This document shows, piece after piece, positions 24,201 to 38,432 of a DNA stretch of 64,000 nt; the first letter of the stretch is position 1, and the number at the start of each line of letters is the position of its first letter. Where the stretch lies: NCBI GenBank assembly GCA_023231475.1, contig JALJEE010000713.1, positions 1 to 64,000 of the forward strand, read 5' to 3'. The notes under the pieces are model-generated. The model was not told where the DNA came from and searched no databases. It saw only the letters and a list, made by a program, of their open reading frames with translations. This DNA comes from Seison nebaliae (taxonomy: Eukaryota). Position numbers and translations under genes: made by a program.

Positions 24201-27027
24201 CTACTACTTGATTAATGCAAGTAACTGGTTTACAAAGTTTCCTCTGACAAGTAATTTTCCCATTTCGTTGACACGTACAGAAGTTACAGTTGTCTTTCTC
24301 AAATGTTAAACCGGCTGGCACAACTGACTCTTTAGAGAGACATGCTGAATAATATTAACATTATTGCATCTGTTATCAACATATCGATACTAACGATCAG
24401 CACAGATTGGACAACATTCATCTTCGAAATATGTGGGATTTAAACAACTTAATTTAGGACAAGTGTTTTGGTTTTTCGTTTCACATTTGATTGCTAATTT
24501 TTTTCCGGTACAAACACATGTCGTACATCGGTCTGTCTTATAAGGTACATCTTTTTTACGGAATTTACCATCATCGGATTTGCAACCTTTAATGCATTTG
24601 GGGCAGCATGAACCTTTTGGTTTTTCCGTGTTTTTACATTTTGATATATCGGCACAAACTACAGCTGTACATGTCACCGTTCCATCGGACTTACAGTTGC
24701 ACTTTTTACAAGGATCGCCTACATTTATAGGACCTAGTTCGTAAATGTTTGATTCATATTTACATGCTAATGGAAAATGAGAAAAGAAAGAATTTTCATG
24801 AGAATATCTAACTCGTTGAACAAATTTCACAACATTCACCCAACTTTTTCACACGATTGACACACTCTAATTTTGGACATTTCTTCGGATTATGACAAGC
24901 CAAAGTACCCGTATTATCACATATACAATCCACACAATCGTTCAATTTATATTTATCAGCCAACTTTATTTTTACATTGCCCTTTGTACAAATGATTTCC
25001 TGTCCATTAGTCGGCGGATCAAGACATATGTTGCAGCAACCCACTAAAAGTTTCTTCTTACATGTAGGTGATAGAGCAGCACACATTGTCAAATCTTTTA
25101 TCGTCCCTAAACTGTCACATATCTTTTTTTTGCAATCATCTGTCACCCAAATCTCTTTTAGATTCCTTAATTTTTTGCCGTCAGCACAACCTGCAAATTT
25201 GATTGTTAATATATATATTAAACTTTACCATTGTATAAAAACCTGTAAGGCAGATTGGGCAACATGCGCCTTCCAAAGTTACTGGTGTTAATTGTTTCGT
25301 TGCACAAAGAGGATCGGAACAAGGTGTTACATCACACGTAATTTTCCCGTCCGCCTTGCATTCGCAGGTATTACATCCATCTACGAAAGTACCAACCGAT
25401 CTAAATACACCTTTATGTATACATTCTTATAAAGAAGGAAGGAATATATGGAAAAGAATATTTTCTGTATTACGTAGTTTATTTCAGAGAATATAATATA
25501 ACTAAGTTCTGTATCACATTGCTTACAACAACGACCAGGCACTTTGATGGTTGGAGTGCAAGTCAAAACCGGACATTCTTTTACAGAACATCGTATAAAA
25601 CCTTCGTCGGTACAAGTACAAGTTTTACAAGCATCCACACGAAAAATTTCATTCGTTTCATATGTTCGCCCGTTAAAAGTGCAACCTAGAGATTAAGGAA
25701 ATAATAGTAGAATTGTTTGGATTGATGATATTAACGTTTTTCACAAACTGGACAACATTCTCCTGGTTTTCGAGTAGGTGCTGTGCATGTCAGAAGATTA
25801 TTGCATGTTTGGTCAGTGCAATTCATTTCACCATTTTCTTCACAAATGCAACTTCGACAGTCATTTTGCTTATAAGTCTTTCCTACCGTAAACGTTCGTC
25901 CTTGATATGAACATTCGGAACAAGTATAACAACAATCGGTTGGTAGTTTCTTAAAAGGTCTGGCACATTTTGTAATTTTGCACTTCACCATTTTACATTC
26001 AAACAAGCCGCCTTCTTTGCACAAACAATCTTGACAAGAATTTTGTCTCACCTTATCACCAACATAAAACACACGACCTCCATACATGCAAGTATTGCCT
26101 AATTAGAAAATATATAATTTTACTGTACGGAAATACAAACTTGATGATGGAGGTTTTTCTAACTTCGGATGAGGTTTACCTTCCGCCACCGGACAGGATA
26201 AACAACAAGAACCAGGCAATGAAACTGGATGGGCACAATTAACGGGTGGACAAAATTTTCGTTCACAAACAACCGTCCCCTTTTCACAACGACATTGATT
26301 CTCGCAAATATCACGACGGAATCTTTGGCCATTTTGCAAAATTTTCCCATTTTCAAAACAATCACCTAAATTTTCATATTTAATGTTTTAGCAGATTAAA
26401 TTAGATTTGTTTACCTGGACATGCAGACCAAGATGTAATGTATAATGAAGGGTTTCTACATTGAGCTATTTTGAATTGACATACATTGTGAAAAGTTTTC
26501 TTTCCATCAGCACAAACCGGTTGATATTTCTTATCACATGGACGAAAGCATGGATCAAATCCTTTTTCGAATAAACAAATTATTTATAATTTATATTATG
26601 ACTTTTAACCAGGCATAGGCCAAAATGGTCTGGGATGCATTCCCATTGGCGGTCTTGGCGGTATACCAAATGGTGGTCGTGGTGGCATGCCAAAAGGCAA
26701 TGGAAGTGGCATTCCTAAAATTGACGGTTTTGGTATTCCGGTTGGAGGCGTTGGCAAATTCTTAGCCTGGAATAAAGTTTTCGGTAAATTGCTCATCGAT
26801 GGAATTGGTGTAGGCTTTTGGGATAAAGTATTGAAATTCGACCCAACAGGTTGTGAACCATATTGACTCGGGTAATTTCTAGGGTAAGATGGATAATTGT
26901 AAAAGGATGGACCGACTTAAAACAATTGTTTACTTAAAGTATAAAAAAGATTAAAGTAACATTGCCACTGTCCTGCTATCGTTACAAAAGACAAATAACA
27001 TACTAATAAAATTTTGGGAAGAAGCAT
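21283..27027 (-). CDS. Secreted Pro-rich + Kazal + ~23 VWC-repeat protein (kielin/chordin-like), paralog A
   Basis: Signal peptide MLLPKILLVCYLSFVTIAG, a Pro-rich PFGMPPRPP segment, a Kazal domain (PCFRPCDKKYQPVCADGKKTFHNVCQFKIAQC), then VWC modules. 19 phase-1 GT-AG introns were traced. Confidence 0.9.
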
Positions 27028-28495
27028 TTTTGAAAAAAGTTTTATTTGAAAAATTTTTTTCCAAACTCTATCACAAATATTTTTGATTTTATAAGAGATT
27101 TATCTTTTTAGAAAGTAATTACGAAATTTTGATGTGATTTCTTTTGAACCAGAATTTTTTCCGACAAAGATTGAGGATCTAATTCTAAGTTAGTAAATTT
27201 AATTCTTCTAATAATATTCGTCTTTTTTAACGATTTCACAATCATATGAAACAGAACTAATTAAAAGTGATGATTTGAATTAAACCCTATATATTCATTC
27301 TTATCCATCGACCGCGCATACAATAAACTTAGTGTACCTTAGTAATGATTAGTGTGTACCTTTCACAGATGTAACTGTTCTCTCCTCTTCGCAACGGTCT
27401 GTCTTCTTCCCCTACCCATTCTCTTCTCTGGTCGAATTTTTACTCTTATCGACAAAATTACCGAATCTAACTTCCACACTTCTCATTTATCTAACTCATG
27501 AATATCAAGTTGGGAGGAACGAAGAAACAAATCATGTCATTCTGTAGTTTTTACATTAGAAGACGTCTATAACGCAGAGAAAGCTGAAAACTGTTTTTTT
27601 CTCTTTCTTGCTCCCGATTTGACATCCATGATCTAACTTAAACTTCTTACATAGTCGATCAGTTTTTTCACATACCCTTCCATAATACGGGTTATCTCGC
27701 GACATTCGACTTGAGGATTTTAAAGCTTTCATCTTGTCCTACGATCTATGCCAATCGATCGGGAATCTCTCGTCGAATTGCAGCGATTGATCAACAGTGG
27801 CGAGGATCGAATTTTTTTTCATCTTTTTCTATTTTATTCCGACGGGAATTTGATCAATAAATAATAATAATAATTAAATGTTAAATTCTTTAGAGATAGA
27901 AATGATAAAAGTAGTCGGAAATGAAATTTGTTTTTTTTTAAATTTTTCTAAAAGTTTCTAATTTATGCAAAACAATTCAAATTAATAATGTCCAGTTTTA
28001 TAATGTATCAAATATTCAATGAAAAATTAATTGAAGGATAAACACTATTTGTTATTATTTACTAAATAATATTTATATGAATTTTATGAGTGGATTTACT
28101 AATAAAATTCTTTCCGAAGATCCAATAAATTGTTTGTTTTTGAAAAAGGAAAAACTAAAATTTAAAATTTTTGACCATGACACAGGATTGGAAAGAAAAG
28201 ATAATTATCTGTCAACAAAATTATTCTACATCGTTCGGACATGAATAGTAGAGGTGGATGGACATGATAACTGAACGATGTTACAAATGTATCTCCTAAT
28301 CAAATAAAGAAATTAAATTGAATAATAAGAATATGAATAACTGGTATATTAGAATTAAATGAGAAATTGTCATGTGTATCCATTTTCTTAGGGATAGTGA
28401 CGTAAGCAAATTGAAAAATGTCGAAGGCGTTAAATAAAAAGAGAAGAAACGACCCAACTCACTTAGAAGAAATTCAACCATAATATTCATTAGAA

Positions 28496-30689
28496 ATGGT
28501 AGTTCATGATCGATTTTATTCGGGAGAAGAATTTCCTCCATCTGATGGAATGGAAACAAGTGTGTCCGGCAAAGAAAGACTTTCTATGATAAATTTAGTG
28601 GAAATGATGCAACAAAATGAGAAGAGAAACAAATCAATTAAATTCATAGAAAATTCAATTAAGAAAGATCAGGAATTGGAATCACCTAAACCATCTAGTT
28701 CAAGAAATATTAATAAATTTAAACCGTTCAATCGGAATAAACGGAAAAGTTTACAATTTCTCGAAAAAATGCAATCGAGATGCATTGCCCTCCAGACTAA
28801 TGCTCATACCAATCAATCTACTTGTCATAAAAACCTTCTGACGGTAATCGATCATGATGAAGTATTATTAACGAAAGATTTACATGATTCTACATATCAA
28901 TTAAAAAACATATTTGTCAAAATTTATGAACCTTTAGCAAAGAAGGTGAACTTTTGTTTTATGAATTCTAAAATTTTCTATTTCTTTATTTCGGGGATTA
29001 TTTAGTCAATGGAGAATGAAGAAGAAGAATTGAAGAAATTTCAAAGTATTATTGAAACGGAAGAAGAAGAAGCAGTGAAATGTTTATCCTTTTTTTCTAA
29101 ATTTTATTTTTCAAATTTTTTAGTTTATGATTCAGAACAAGTTTACAATACCGAAAAAGTACCGGGAAGTCTTCTATTGACAACAAGTGCTCTTTATTGG
29201 ATAACGAAAGATAATGATCGAAAAAAGTATTATACTCGTTTGAGAATAGATTTGTTAAATCTGTTCATGATAGAAACGAAGAATGGAAAACTCGAAGTTC
29301 AATTAAATTTCAATTAATATATAATTTCAAATTTAATTAATTCAGATAACAGAACAAGGAAAGATAAAACATATTTTTGAGGCAGTCAACGTCAATCTTC
29401 CCTTCCTCAACATTTTTTATCTATTATTAAAAAGAATTGAAGTTTTAATTTAATTATATTTTAATTTTATAAAATTCTTTATAATAATTTAGCATTTTAC
29501 CACAATCAATGATGATCACAAAAGTGAAACGTTATTACTCTTCATTTTATTCCAACATATTTTTATCTCCTTTCCGTTATTTGTGAATAGATCGGGAATT
29601 TCAGAAGATGATATTCTTTTATCAGACACAGAAAATGAATTAGAAATTGTCAGTTTGAATTTTTAAAATATAACCCAACAAAACTAATTTCTTTCTTTTC
29701 GTAATAAAAGATGACGAAAGAATGAAATCTTTGGATACAGTTGCTTTAGACGAAGAATACAATTTATCGTCAAGCAAATTGTTCCAGAAAGTTTATGAAC
29801 AAATGACCGTTTACCATCATATTTTCCAAGGAACCGGAAGGAAATTGGAGAGTATTTCCAAATGGGATGAAGATGGTCTGAATGATCAATTGAAATTCTT
29901 TGAAAGAAAAAATTATATGAAGAGTCGTCAAATAGAATCATCTATGAAAATTGCTACTCCATTCCTCTCCAAAACCGTTACCACAAATGAAATTCATGTT
30001 AAATTTCATATCTTTACAAAAGATTCAATAAAATGAACATTTCTATTTTATTCATATGCAGTTATTATATAAAGGACTCTCTGTCGACAAGAAGAAAATT
30101 TATATAATCGACATGGAAGCGAATTCTTCTGGTGCTATGTACAGTGATAAATTCATAACAATGGTTCGAATTGTAATTGAAGATAAGAAAGATGAAAACT
30201 GTAAATTACATGTAAGTTATTCGATTAAATTCCTCGAATCATTTATGGCACAATCGATCGTTTTATCCAAAATCAACAAAGAACTCCAATACTTTTATCA
30301 AATAATGTCCGATGTTAGAATTTTATACTCAACATTTCATTTCTAAAATGTTTTTATCAGGAAATTTTAGTGATTTGTAATATGAAGAAAATGGATTCAG
30401 GAAAATCTTCTTCAAAACGAAATGCATCGAAGGATAAATTATCGGAAACATCTTCTATTCAAGCAACGAACATTATACCGAAAAAGAACAATTTAATTGA
30501 CGAATTAATGGATTTCTATAGAAATCCCCAAAACACTAATATGTTAATTTTGATTTAAATTGTTTGAAAATAATTGAAAATTTTAGATTATTATCAATTT
30601 CAATCCTCCTCCAAATCATTCTACTTTTCATAATCATTACAAGCAAATTATTTAACATAACATCATCGATCTTCAATGCAATTATCTAA
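28496..30689 (+). CDS. GRAM/PH-like + VASt + C-terminal TM protein (GRAMD1/Aster-like lipid-transfer protein), 10 exons
   Basis: GSLLLTTSALYW is GRAM-like. ISKW...RQI...ATPFL, YIIDMEANSSGAMYSDKF...CKLHVSYSIKF...QSIV is VASt-like. There is a terminal hydrophobic exon, and nine GT-AG introns keep the frame. Confidence 0.7.
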
Positions 30690-31117
30690 TTAAGGAAACA
30701 TTCATTGTATCATTATTTATTAGATTCGGTGAATATCTACAATACGTATATAAATTATGACATAATGAATTACCGTTTTGGAAGTATTCTTTCCTTCCCA
30801 TAGAAATACACATAATATTTCTATAATTTTATTTACAATTAACTGATTTTACTTTTATACATTTCCGCGATTCTAAAAGATATCAACTCATGTATTATAA
30901 CGAAAGTTTATGGAATAAATTAATCCTTCTAAAATGGATAATATGTCAAATTATACAGAATCTACGGATCACATTAATTTGAACTAAAATTGATTTAATT
31001 GTCTTGTTCATTTCAGCGATCAAGATAGTATAGTAATTCATATAACGATCGGACATCATTCTTGAGGAAATATACAATTCTTGACAGTTTTACAAACACA
31101 TGTTGATAATAAAGAAA

Positions 31118-31917
31118 TCAGCCGAAATATTTAGTTAGAAAGAAAAAGTTTATGAGAATTGTATAATAAAAAGAGTGAAATTTCTTTAAATCGGTCGATC
31201 CACTTTGAAATTCCCGAGGGAGGACATTATTAGTACAAACTCGACTTTGTGCATTACAAATGGTCTCTGATTGAACGTTCTCCCAGAATTGATGGTAGGA
31301 AGTAACTACTGATGCTCTACACGATGAATGGAAATGACGTTATAAAATGAATTAGAAATAGAATGAATAACTGAAAAATTATATCATTCATCATATTATC
31401 GGGACATATCCAAGTGGCAGTTAAACGATACGTTTCTAAAGGTTCTTGATGTAGCCAACCCTAAATGAGAATGAAAGAAAAAAAATAATAATTATGAAAT
31501 AAACTTGTGCTGAATCGGAAGTACAATTGAGAGGCATTGTATTACTACTCATTTCTATCCATTGTCCAGTAAGACCAGAACGACGACCAAAATCATCGAT
31601 AATGTGCGCTTCCATATAGAATCCCATAATAGGGGAGAGATTTGCATCTTCATCTCCAATAAGTGTGACTGAAAGGAAAAATCGCTTAATTCATCTTTCT
31701 CATTTGATTAGAGAAGTAGAAAGAATGAACCTCGAATTCGATCTCCGGATAATATTCGATTTTTATTAACAATTATTTCGAATGGTGAATTCTCTAAAGG
31801 GAATTGATCACCATGTCGCACTTGAAGATTATTACAGACGATATATCCCATTTGTCTTCCATCACTATAAGCGGTGGAAGTATGAAGAGTAAGCGAAAGT
31901 AGAAATATAAAGAACAT
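31118..31917 (-). CDS. Secreted Reeler-domain protein, 4 exons, hydrophobic C-terminus
   Basis: Signal peptide, then YSDG..C..L..RH..SPFEI, GFYMEA, G.W, W..P, FQASVV..Y..FW, which is the typical Reeler pattern. Three GT-AG introns. Confidence 0.8.
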
Positions 31918-32282
31918 TTGGATTTTATCTTAATTCTTCTCATCACTTTCATGATCAAGAAGAGTTTTTATGAGAATTAGTAGAAACACCTCTTCGTTTA
32001 TGTCAATATTGATTAATACACAAAACCATCAACATCTACACGTATTAGTTTAGTTATTGAATGCGTGTCACGACAAATTACATAATCAATAAATTAACAT
32101 ATTTCGTCTCGCATCATATGAATATGGAAAACAACGTTAAAAAATTTTATTTTGAAATAAGAAATGGATTGAAGGTTAACATTCTTAAATATCTTCCAAT
32201 TGATGGATAAAAGAACAAACTAAATAGTTGATTGAAAATCAACGAATTAAATGAATGTTCTCTCGATTTCTACATATGGAAA

Positions 32283-33944
32283 TTAACGAAGTTCTGACGC
32301 ATCGACATTTATGATATCATTCCGACTCTTTCCAACTCCAACCCATCGAACTAAAATTAAATTAATTTTAAAAAAAAATCGATATGATTAATGAAGAAAA
32401 CTTGGACATTCGATATGATGGAAAATTCGTCGAATATAATTTTTCGCCTTTTCTGGAAGTTGTTCGAAAGTTCGACATTTCGTTATCGGTTCCATCCAGC
32501 CTTCCATTGTCTCATAATTCACTTCGAGATTCTTCACCGAATTAATATTTGCTGGAAATGAAGAAGTGTGTTTTCGAAAGATGTTGCCATTCTCATCATA
32601 ATCATCGAACGTATAAGACGTTCCAATTTTTATTTCTTTAAAATCATCTAAAATATCCAATTTAGTTAAACAGATTCTGATAATTAATTGATGAAATAAA
32701 ATGATGAGAGAAAGAAAATAACGCATCATATCCATTCAACATTATACTCTGTTTCAAAATAACAATATCCAACCATCCACAACGTCGTTTCCTTCCCGTC
32801 GTCACACCAAATTCATGTCCGACTTGTTGTAACAATTCTCCAATTTCCTTTAATTGTCAAAGAAGAAATTATTAATTAAATTTCATAAAAAAAAGACAAA
32901 AAATTTGTGAAACATTCTTTTGTTCAGTTGGGAAGGCACCATCACCCACTCGCGTTGTATATGCTTTGACGACACCAAATATCGTTTTAATTGTTTGAGG
33001 TGGAATTCCCATTCCGGTACATACACCTCCAACAGTACAATTGGAAGATGTAACAAATGGATAAGTGCCAAAATCGATATCTAACATACATGCATTCGCT
33101 CCCTCCACGATGATACTCTCTTTCTTCGAACCATAAATCGACTTATTTATCAATTCCGAAGTATTTATAGTGATACGTCGAAGAATTGGTCTCATTTCCT
33201 TTAATTAAATTAATTAATTAGTTAATGAATTTAAAAAAGAAACTTTAATGAAATTTAATTCTTCCTCATCATCATATTGATCCGTGAGAATATGACGATA
33301 AGTCTCTCTCAGTTTCTCATATCTTTGAATTATTTGAAGAATGAAATGAGTTTTACGAAAGAAACTTTCTAAGAAATTCATCCCAATCTCCTAAGACGTC
33401 GATGATTCGTAAACCATTTCTCGTAGCTTTTGATGAATAAGTTGGTCCAATTCCTTTTCTTGTGGTTCCGAGAGAAGCTCGTCCTCGTTTCTCTTCGAAT
33501 GCACCATCCAATATTCTATGCAAATTAAAGACGATATGTGCCCGTTCTGATAATTTGACACGATTCTCCCAATCTTTGATACCTTTCAACTTTAACTTCG
33601 CCAATTCATCAAACATATCCTTAATATTGACGACACAACCATTTCCAATGACGGAGAGACATTTCTCATTAACAAGTCCGGATGGTATCAAATGGAAATC
33701 ATATTCGACATTATCGACGACAATTGTATGACCAGCATTGTTGCCGCCCTACATGGTGAGTGTGAGGGAGCCACTTATCAAAAAATAAAAGAGTTCTATT
33801 ATAAAATCTCATTACCTGAACACGACAAACAACATCCGCCGACGTTGCTAAAATGTCGACTAATTTGCCTTTACCTTCATCGCCCCATTGTGCTCCTAAA
33901 ACGACGACAACGCCGTTTGTTACTTTCCTTCTATCGATCAACAT
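32283..33944 (-). CDS. ADSS: Adenylosuccinate synthetase, 7 exons
   Basis: [85 protein letters not shown] and WVGVG motifs. Confidence 0.97.
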
Positions 33945-34226
33945 CTCACACACTCTACCAAATTATTCAAAATTCTACTGACGATAAGAGAAATGTTTAT
34001 AAAAGAAATTTGATTTTTAATTCTCTTTAATTTTTTGTAAGAGACTTGAGAAGAGGAAAACATAAAAATGAAATGAATATTTTTATGGAGTATCATTCAG
34101 GAAATGAAACGAACTCACATGCATGGATGAGATGAATCAGAAATAGATTGTTGATCAATAATTATTTCAACGATTATGCACATGATCACTCCGATTGACT
34201 TAATGAGTTGTATATCATATCGCTTC

Positions 34227-34246
34227 CACACACACACACACACACA
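34227..34246 (+). repeat. (CA)n microsatellite
   Basis: Directly visible CA run. Confidence 0.9.
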
Positions 34247-35105
34247 AATAAGCAACAAGATATTAATTAGAGTAATTCCATAAAACATCAAGAGAGGAGA
34301 AGAATAAAAACAGAGAACGCCCACACTCGTCACATGGAGAGATATGAGCCGAAAGAACAATGTTATTACACAGTAATCTGATACACGAACCATCAAGAGA
34401 AGCATGTGCAAACCAAGCTTCCCTTTCGAAGGCACTCACATTCAATCTCATCAATCTCATTTCTTCTATCAATGAATTAAAACGAATTTTAATTTCCTGA
34501 ATCCACTCTTCAAATCTCAAATGGGAGAAGAAATAACAGAAGATTTATGTAAATCCTTCAATCCTCTATTTTTCAAGGATTCTCATACAAGTCTTCATCA
34601 CACAACAAATCACACGTACAATTAGTTCGTAATACTATTAATATTAGGACTAAAACGAGTTAGCCCTACGAGAAAGGAAGAGAGTATAATAAAATGGAAA
34701 TTGAACGGCTCTCCAAATAAACAATGAAATTTAACCCATTTTTTTTCCTTTTATATTCCCAGACAGGAACTCTCACGGTCACTATTCATTTCATATCTCG
34801 TTTCTCTTCCCTTTGAAAAAAGAAAGGAAATATGAATAGAGGGAACTGTTATGTTAAATTGTCCGGTGCACAATCTGGAAATATCTCGTTTGTCTGTCAA
34901 ACATAAATACACATCTTCCTTTAATGATAAGCGATGTTAAATTATAATTTGAATATTCTAAAATGTTCGACTTATTCTTCAAATATTCACTCGAAATTTG
35001 GACAAAAATAAATAACTGTGATAAAATAAAGGGAAGAATGATGTTTTGAATCTTTAGTCTTTTACTCACTTATTTCTTCGTGAGCGTGTAAAGACGAAGG
35101 TGGAA

Positions 35106-35817
35106 ATGGAAGCGATCAATTTATGTAATCAATTGAATGATTCTTTAGATCGATTGACGGATGAGAATGAAGATGAAACCTTAAATAACGAAATAAAAGA
35201 TATTTTTCGGCGTATTAGCCAGAGTACATTGGTGGACATTTATCAATTGATCAAAGAGAATTTCAAAATGGAGAATTTGAATGTTAATTCATTTCTCTTG
35301 TTAATATCTTGACTGAAACATTGCTCATGTTTTTTTCCTTTAGAAAATCTTAATATTTCTCATGAACATCATCAACGAACGGTTGAAATGTCACGAATTA
35401 AAAGACGAACAATTACTTCAAACAGTTTCCTTCCATTTCTTCAATATTTCTTACTGATGATGACAATACATTTTTTTAATTTATCTAAATTTATACATGA
35501 CAATGAAGGAGATCGTTGTCAAATTATATACAATTTTTTTCGACTTATTTCTCATTTCTAATTCTCATGTCGTCGATCAGAAATTGAGAAGTCGTCTAGA
35601 CGAATTTCAAGAACGTCTCGCTCTATATGTTCCATCTATTAATTCCATTTGTTTATTCAACTTTTCTATTTTCTCTCAGGATTGCCATTATGATGAATGT
35701 TCGCTTGCACATCAATTATTGGAGATAATGTTGGAAGGAGAGACGGTTGATGATGAATGTATGATTAATCAAAAGAAATCTAAAGATTCTTATATAATTA
35801 AACTAATTCAACTTTAA
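35106..35817 (+). CDS. Small hypothetical helical protein, ~4 exons
   Basis: Three GTT...AG introns join the 35100 and 35497 ORFs in frame. No family was recognised. Confidence 0.55.
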
Positions 35818-35919
35818 TATTAATTCTATTCTACATTTCTCTTTCATTTCATCTTGTAAACTTATTGGAAACTTTTATAATTTCGATGACAGATTTCATT
35901 TTGGTAGGAGTGCAAATAA

Positions 35920-36585
35920 ATGTTGGCAATTCGGAGACAAGTCCATCGGATATTTTCGACAAGTGCCATCGTCAACAAAATACCGAAACAAGGTGATAAT
36001 ATGAGACAAACGACAGATGAACCGAAAACGAATTCTGCACCGGAAGGATTAAATGATGATATTCCTGGTTTCACTCCGACTCGCGGTCCCCGAAGTTGGC
36101 CTCGTTACAATCGAATAATTTATCCACCAAATCTTCCTGAACAACCAGCACGTTATGTCAATCATATGAAAATGAATATTCATATGGCACCGAAAAAGAT
36201 GTGGTTTGCTGCGAGATTAATTCGTGGAATGACTATCGATGAAGCGATTAAACAATTATCATTCTATGGGAAAGGTAGTGGACAAATCATTAAAGACATA
36301 TTAATTGAAGCACAAGAGAAAGCAGTAAATGAACATAATATCGAATTCAAATCGAATTTATGGATTAGTAATTCATTTGTTGGACGAGCTCTCATTATGA
36401 AAACGATGAGGAAACATATGGGAAATCGTTTTGGCATTATACATTATCGTCACTCACATTACTTCGTTCGATTGGAGGAAGGAAAACCACCTCTCAATTA
36501 TTATCCAACTTTGCCTACGAAAGAAGAACGTGTTGAATTCCTTCATGAAATTCATCGAAATAAAAGAATTTTATCATCTCTTTAA
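35920..36585 (+). CDS. MRPL22: Mitochondrial ribosomal protein uL22m
   Basis: Arg-rich transit-like N-terminus, WPRYNRIIYPP, PKKMWFAARLIRGMTIDEAIKQLSF, FKSNLWI and HYFVRLEEGKPP. Confidence 0.93.
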   Translation: MLAIRRQVHRIFSTSAIVNKIPKQGDNMRQTTDEPKTNSAPEGLNDDIPGFTPTRGPRSWPRYNRIIYPPNLPEQPARYVNHMKMNIHMAPKKMWFAARLIRGMTIDEAIKQLSFYGKGSGQIIKDILIEAQEKAVNEHNIEFKSNLWISNSFVGRALIMKTMRKHMGNRFGIIHYRHSHYFVRLEEGKPPLNYYPTLPTKEERVEFLHEIHRNKRILSSL

Positions 36586-36787
36586 TCATCTTATTTTCTT
36601 CTTATTTTCATATTTAAATTTCTTTAATTCTCTTCTTAATCATGTACAAAATGAAAAATAATTATCATTATCTGATGATATTGATTGTCAGATGTGATGA
36701 GTGAAATAAATCAGTTTTAATTGAAAACATTTTCATTTAGATATGTCGCATCAAAAGAAAAACTCAAAAACATTTTTCTATCCAAAA

Positions 36788-37871
36788 TTAATCTGCATTC
36801 GTCTCTACTGCATAGACTCGAATCTTATTATCGGTGTATCCGGCATACAATTTCGAGCCATCCAAATTCCATGCAAGTGATGTGCAAATCGGTTTTATCG
36901 TACTGTCATTTGGTTGTGGAACTTCATCGAATAAGTTTTGTGTTTCCAAATCCTAAAAAGAGAATTATTTGAATTGTTTCAAATTTTTCCTTAATAGAAG
37001 GAAAGAGATTAACCCATAATCGAATACGCCCATCAACAGCACCACAGAACCAATATCGGTTTGGTGAGAAAACGAGAGCATTAACTGAATCACCTTCAGT
37101 GTGGAATGGATAAAGATATTTATCATCATTCAAATCCCAAAGGAATGCCTGAAAAAAAGATTGATGAAAAAAAAAGAATAAAATTCATTAAACTTTTCCA
37201 CCTTTACCACCAGATCCACAAAGTGTAGCATCAGGAGAGATGGTGACACAATTCACATAACCGATATGTCCAAAATGAGTTGCCTTAATTTTCCATTCAT
37301 TCAAATTCCACACTTTCACCAATTTATCCCATCCTGATGAAACAATCAACGGTTGTTCTTGTTGGGAGGTGAAACGGACACATGATACCCAATCATTGTG
37401 AGATCCCATCTTGGAAGTGATTGTGTATTTGCATTCAGCTATCGTATTCCATAATTTGATGGTCTTATCTCGTGATCCCGAAATAATTTGACGATTATCG
37501 GGTGAGAGAGCAGCTGATAAGACATCTCCAGTATGACCGACAAATCGTCTAGTAGAGAATTGTCGTTGTAAATCCCAAAGACGTAATGTCTGATCCCACG
37601 AACTAGATAAAGCGAATTTGCCATCAGTTGAAATTGCCACATCCGACACAAAATGATTGTGTCCACGAAGTGCAACTTTGGGTGTTCCTTGAATTTGGTC
37701 GTCTTCTCCAATATCATTCAAATCCCATACCATCAGAGTTTTATCTCTCGACGTAGAAATCAAAGTGTTTTCCGAACCTTCTACCGTTGCTATCTGAGTG
37801 ACCCATCCTTTATGACCGACCAGTTCACCGGTCAATCTCAACTTCATCCTAACATCTTCCGCTTTAGTCAT
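36788..37871 (-). CDS. RACK1: RACK1 (WD40 40S ribosome-associated scaffold), 3 exons
   Basis: [67 protein letters not shown] and [10 protein letters not shown] motifs. Confidence 0.96.
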
Positions 37872-38432
37872 TTTCTTTCAGAGAAATAAATCGAAATTCT
37901 ACTTTCAAGAAAAATATGTTACAAATAAAATTATTCCAATTTTTTCCAAAATCATTTAAATGAAAATTTAAAATCATCTTTTATCACACAATTACTCATC
38001 TACAATAATCTTCTAGTGAATATAATATTATGATACACATTCATCTTTAATTCAAGTCACGTTGAAATAAAGTAAGATACAAAACACTCATTATTATACC
38101 ATTCATCTTCTGTTGTTGTTGTTGATAAATTTGAAAATTGACGTAATTGAATTTGTTTTATTTTTAATAAGATTCTATTTTATGAATTTATCATTATTCA
38201 AATTCTTATAAGATCGAAAGATGTTATTGAACATTATTTAAGATTAAAAATTTTGTGCTTTCTCATTCTAAAATTTTTATTCGATATATTTTATAATTTA
38301 ATGAATTTGAAAATTTTATGAATAACTCAATCTCAGGTAAACAAGTTAAATGGAATTTATTTTATGATTTGTTTACTTTAATCTTACAATAAATAATTTG
38401 TGTATCACTCCAAAACAGTGATTAGATAATCA

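Noticed and set aside
15025..27027. Apparent frameshifted or pseudogenised Cys-rich ORF fragments
   Set aside because: All breaks are explained by short GT-AG introns that restore the frame.
27300..27810. Slightly GC-richer tract upstream of paralog A resembling a retroelement scrap
   Set aside because: Multiple stops and no RT, integrase or other recognisable motif.
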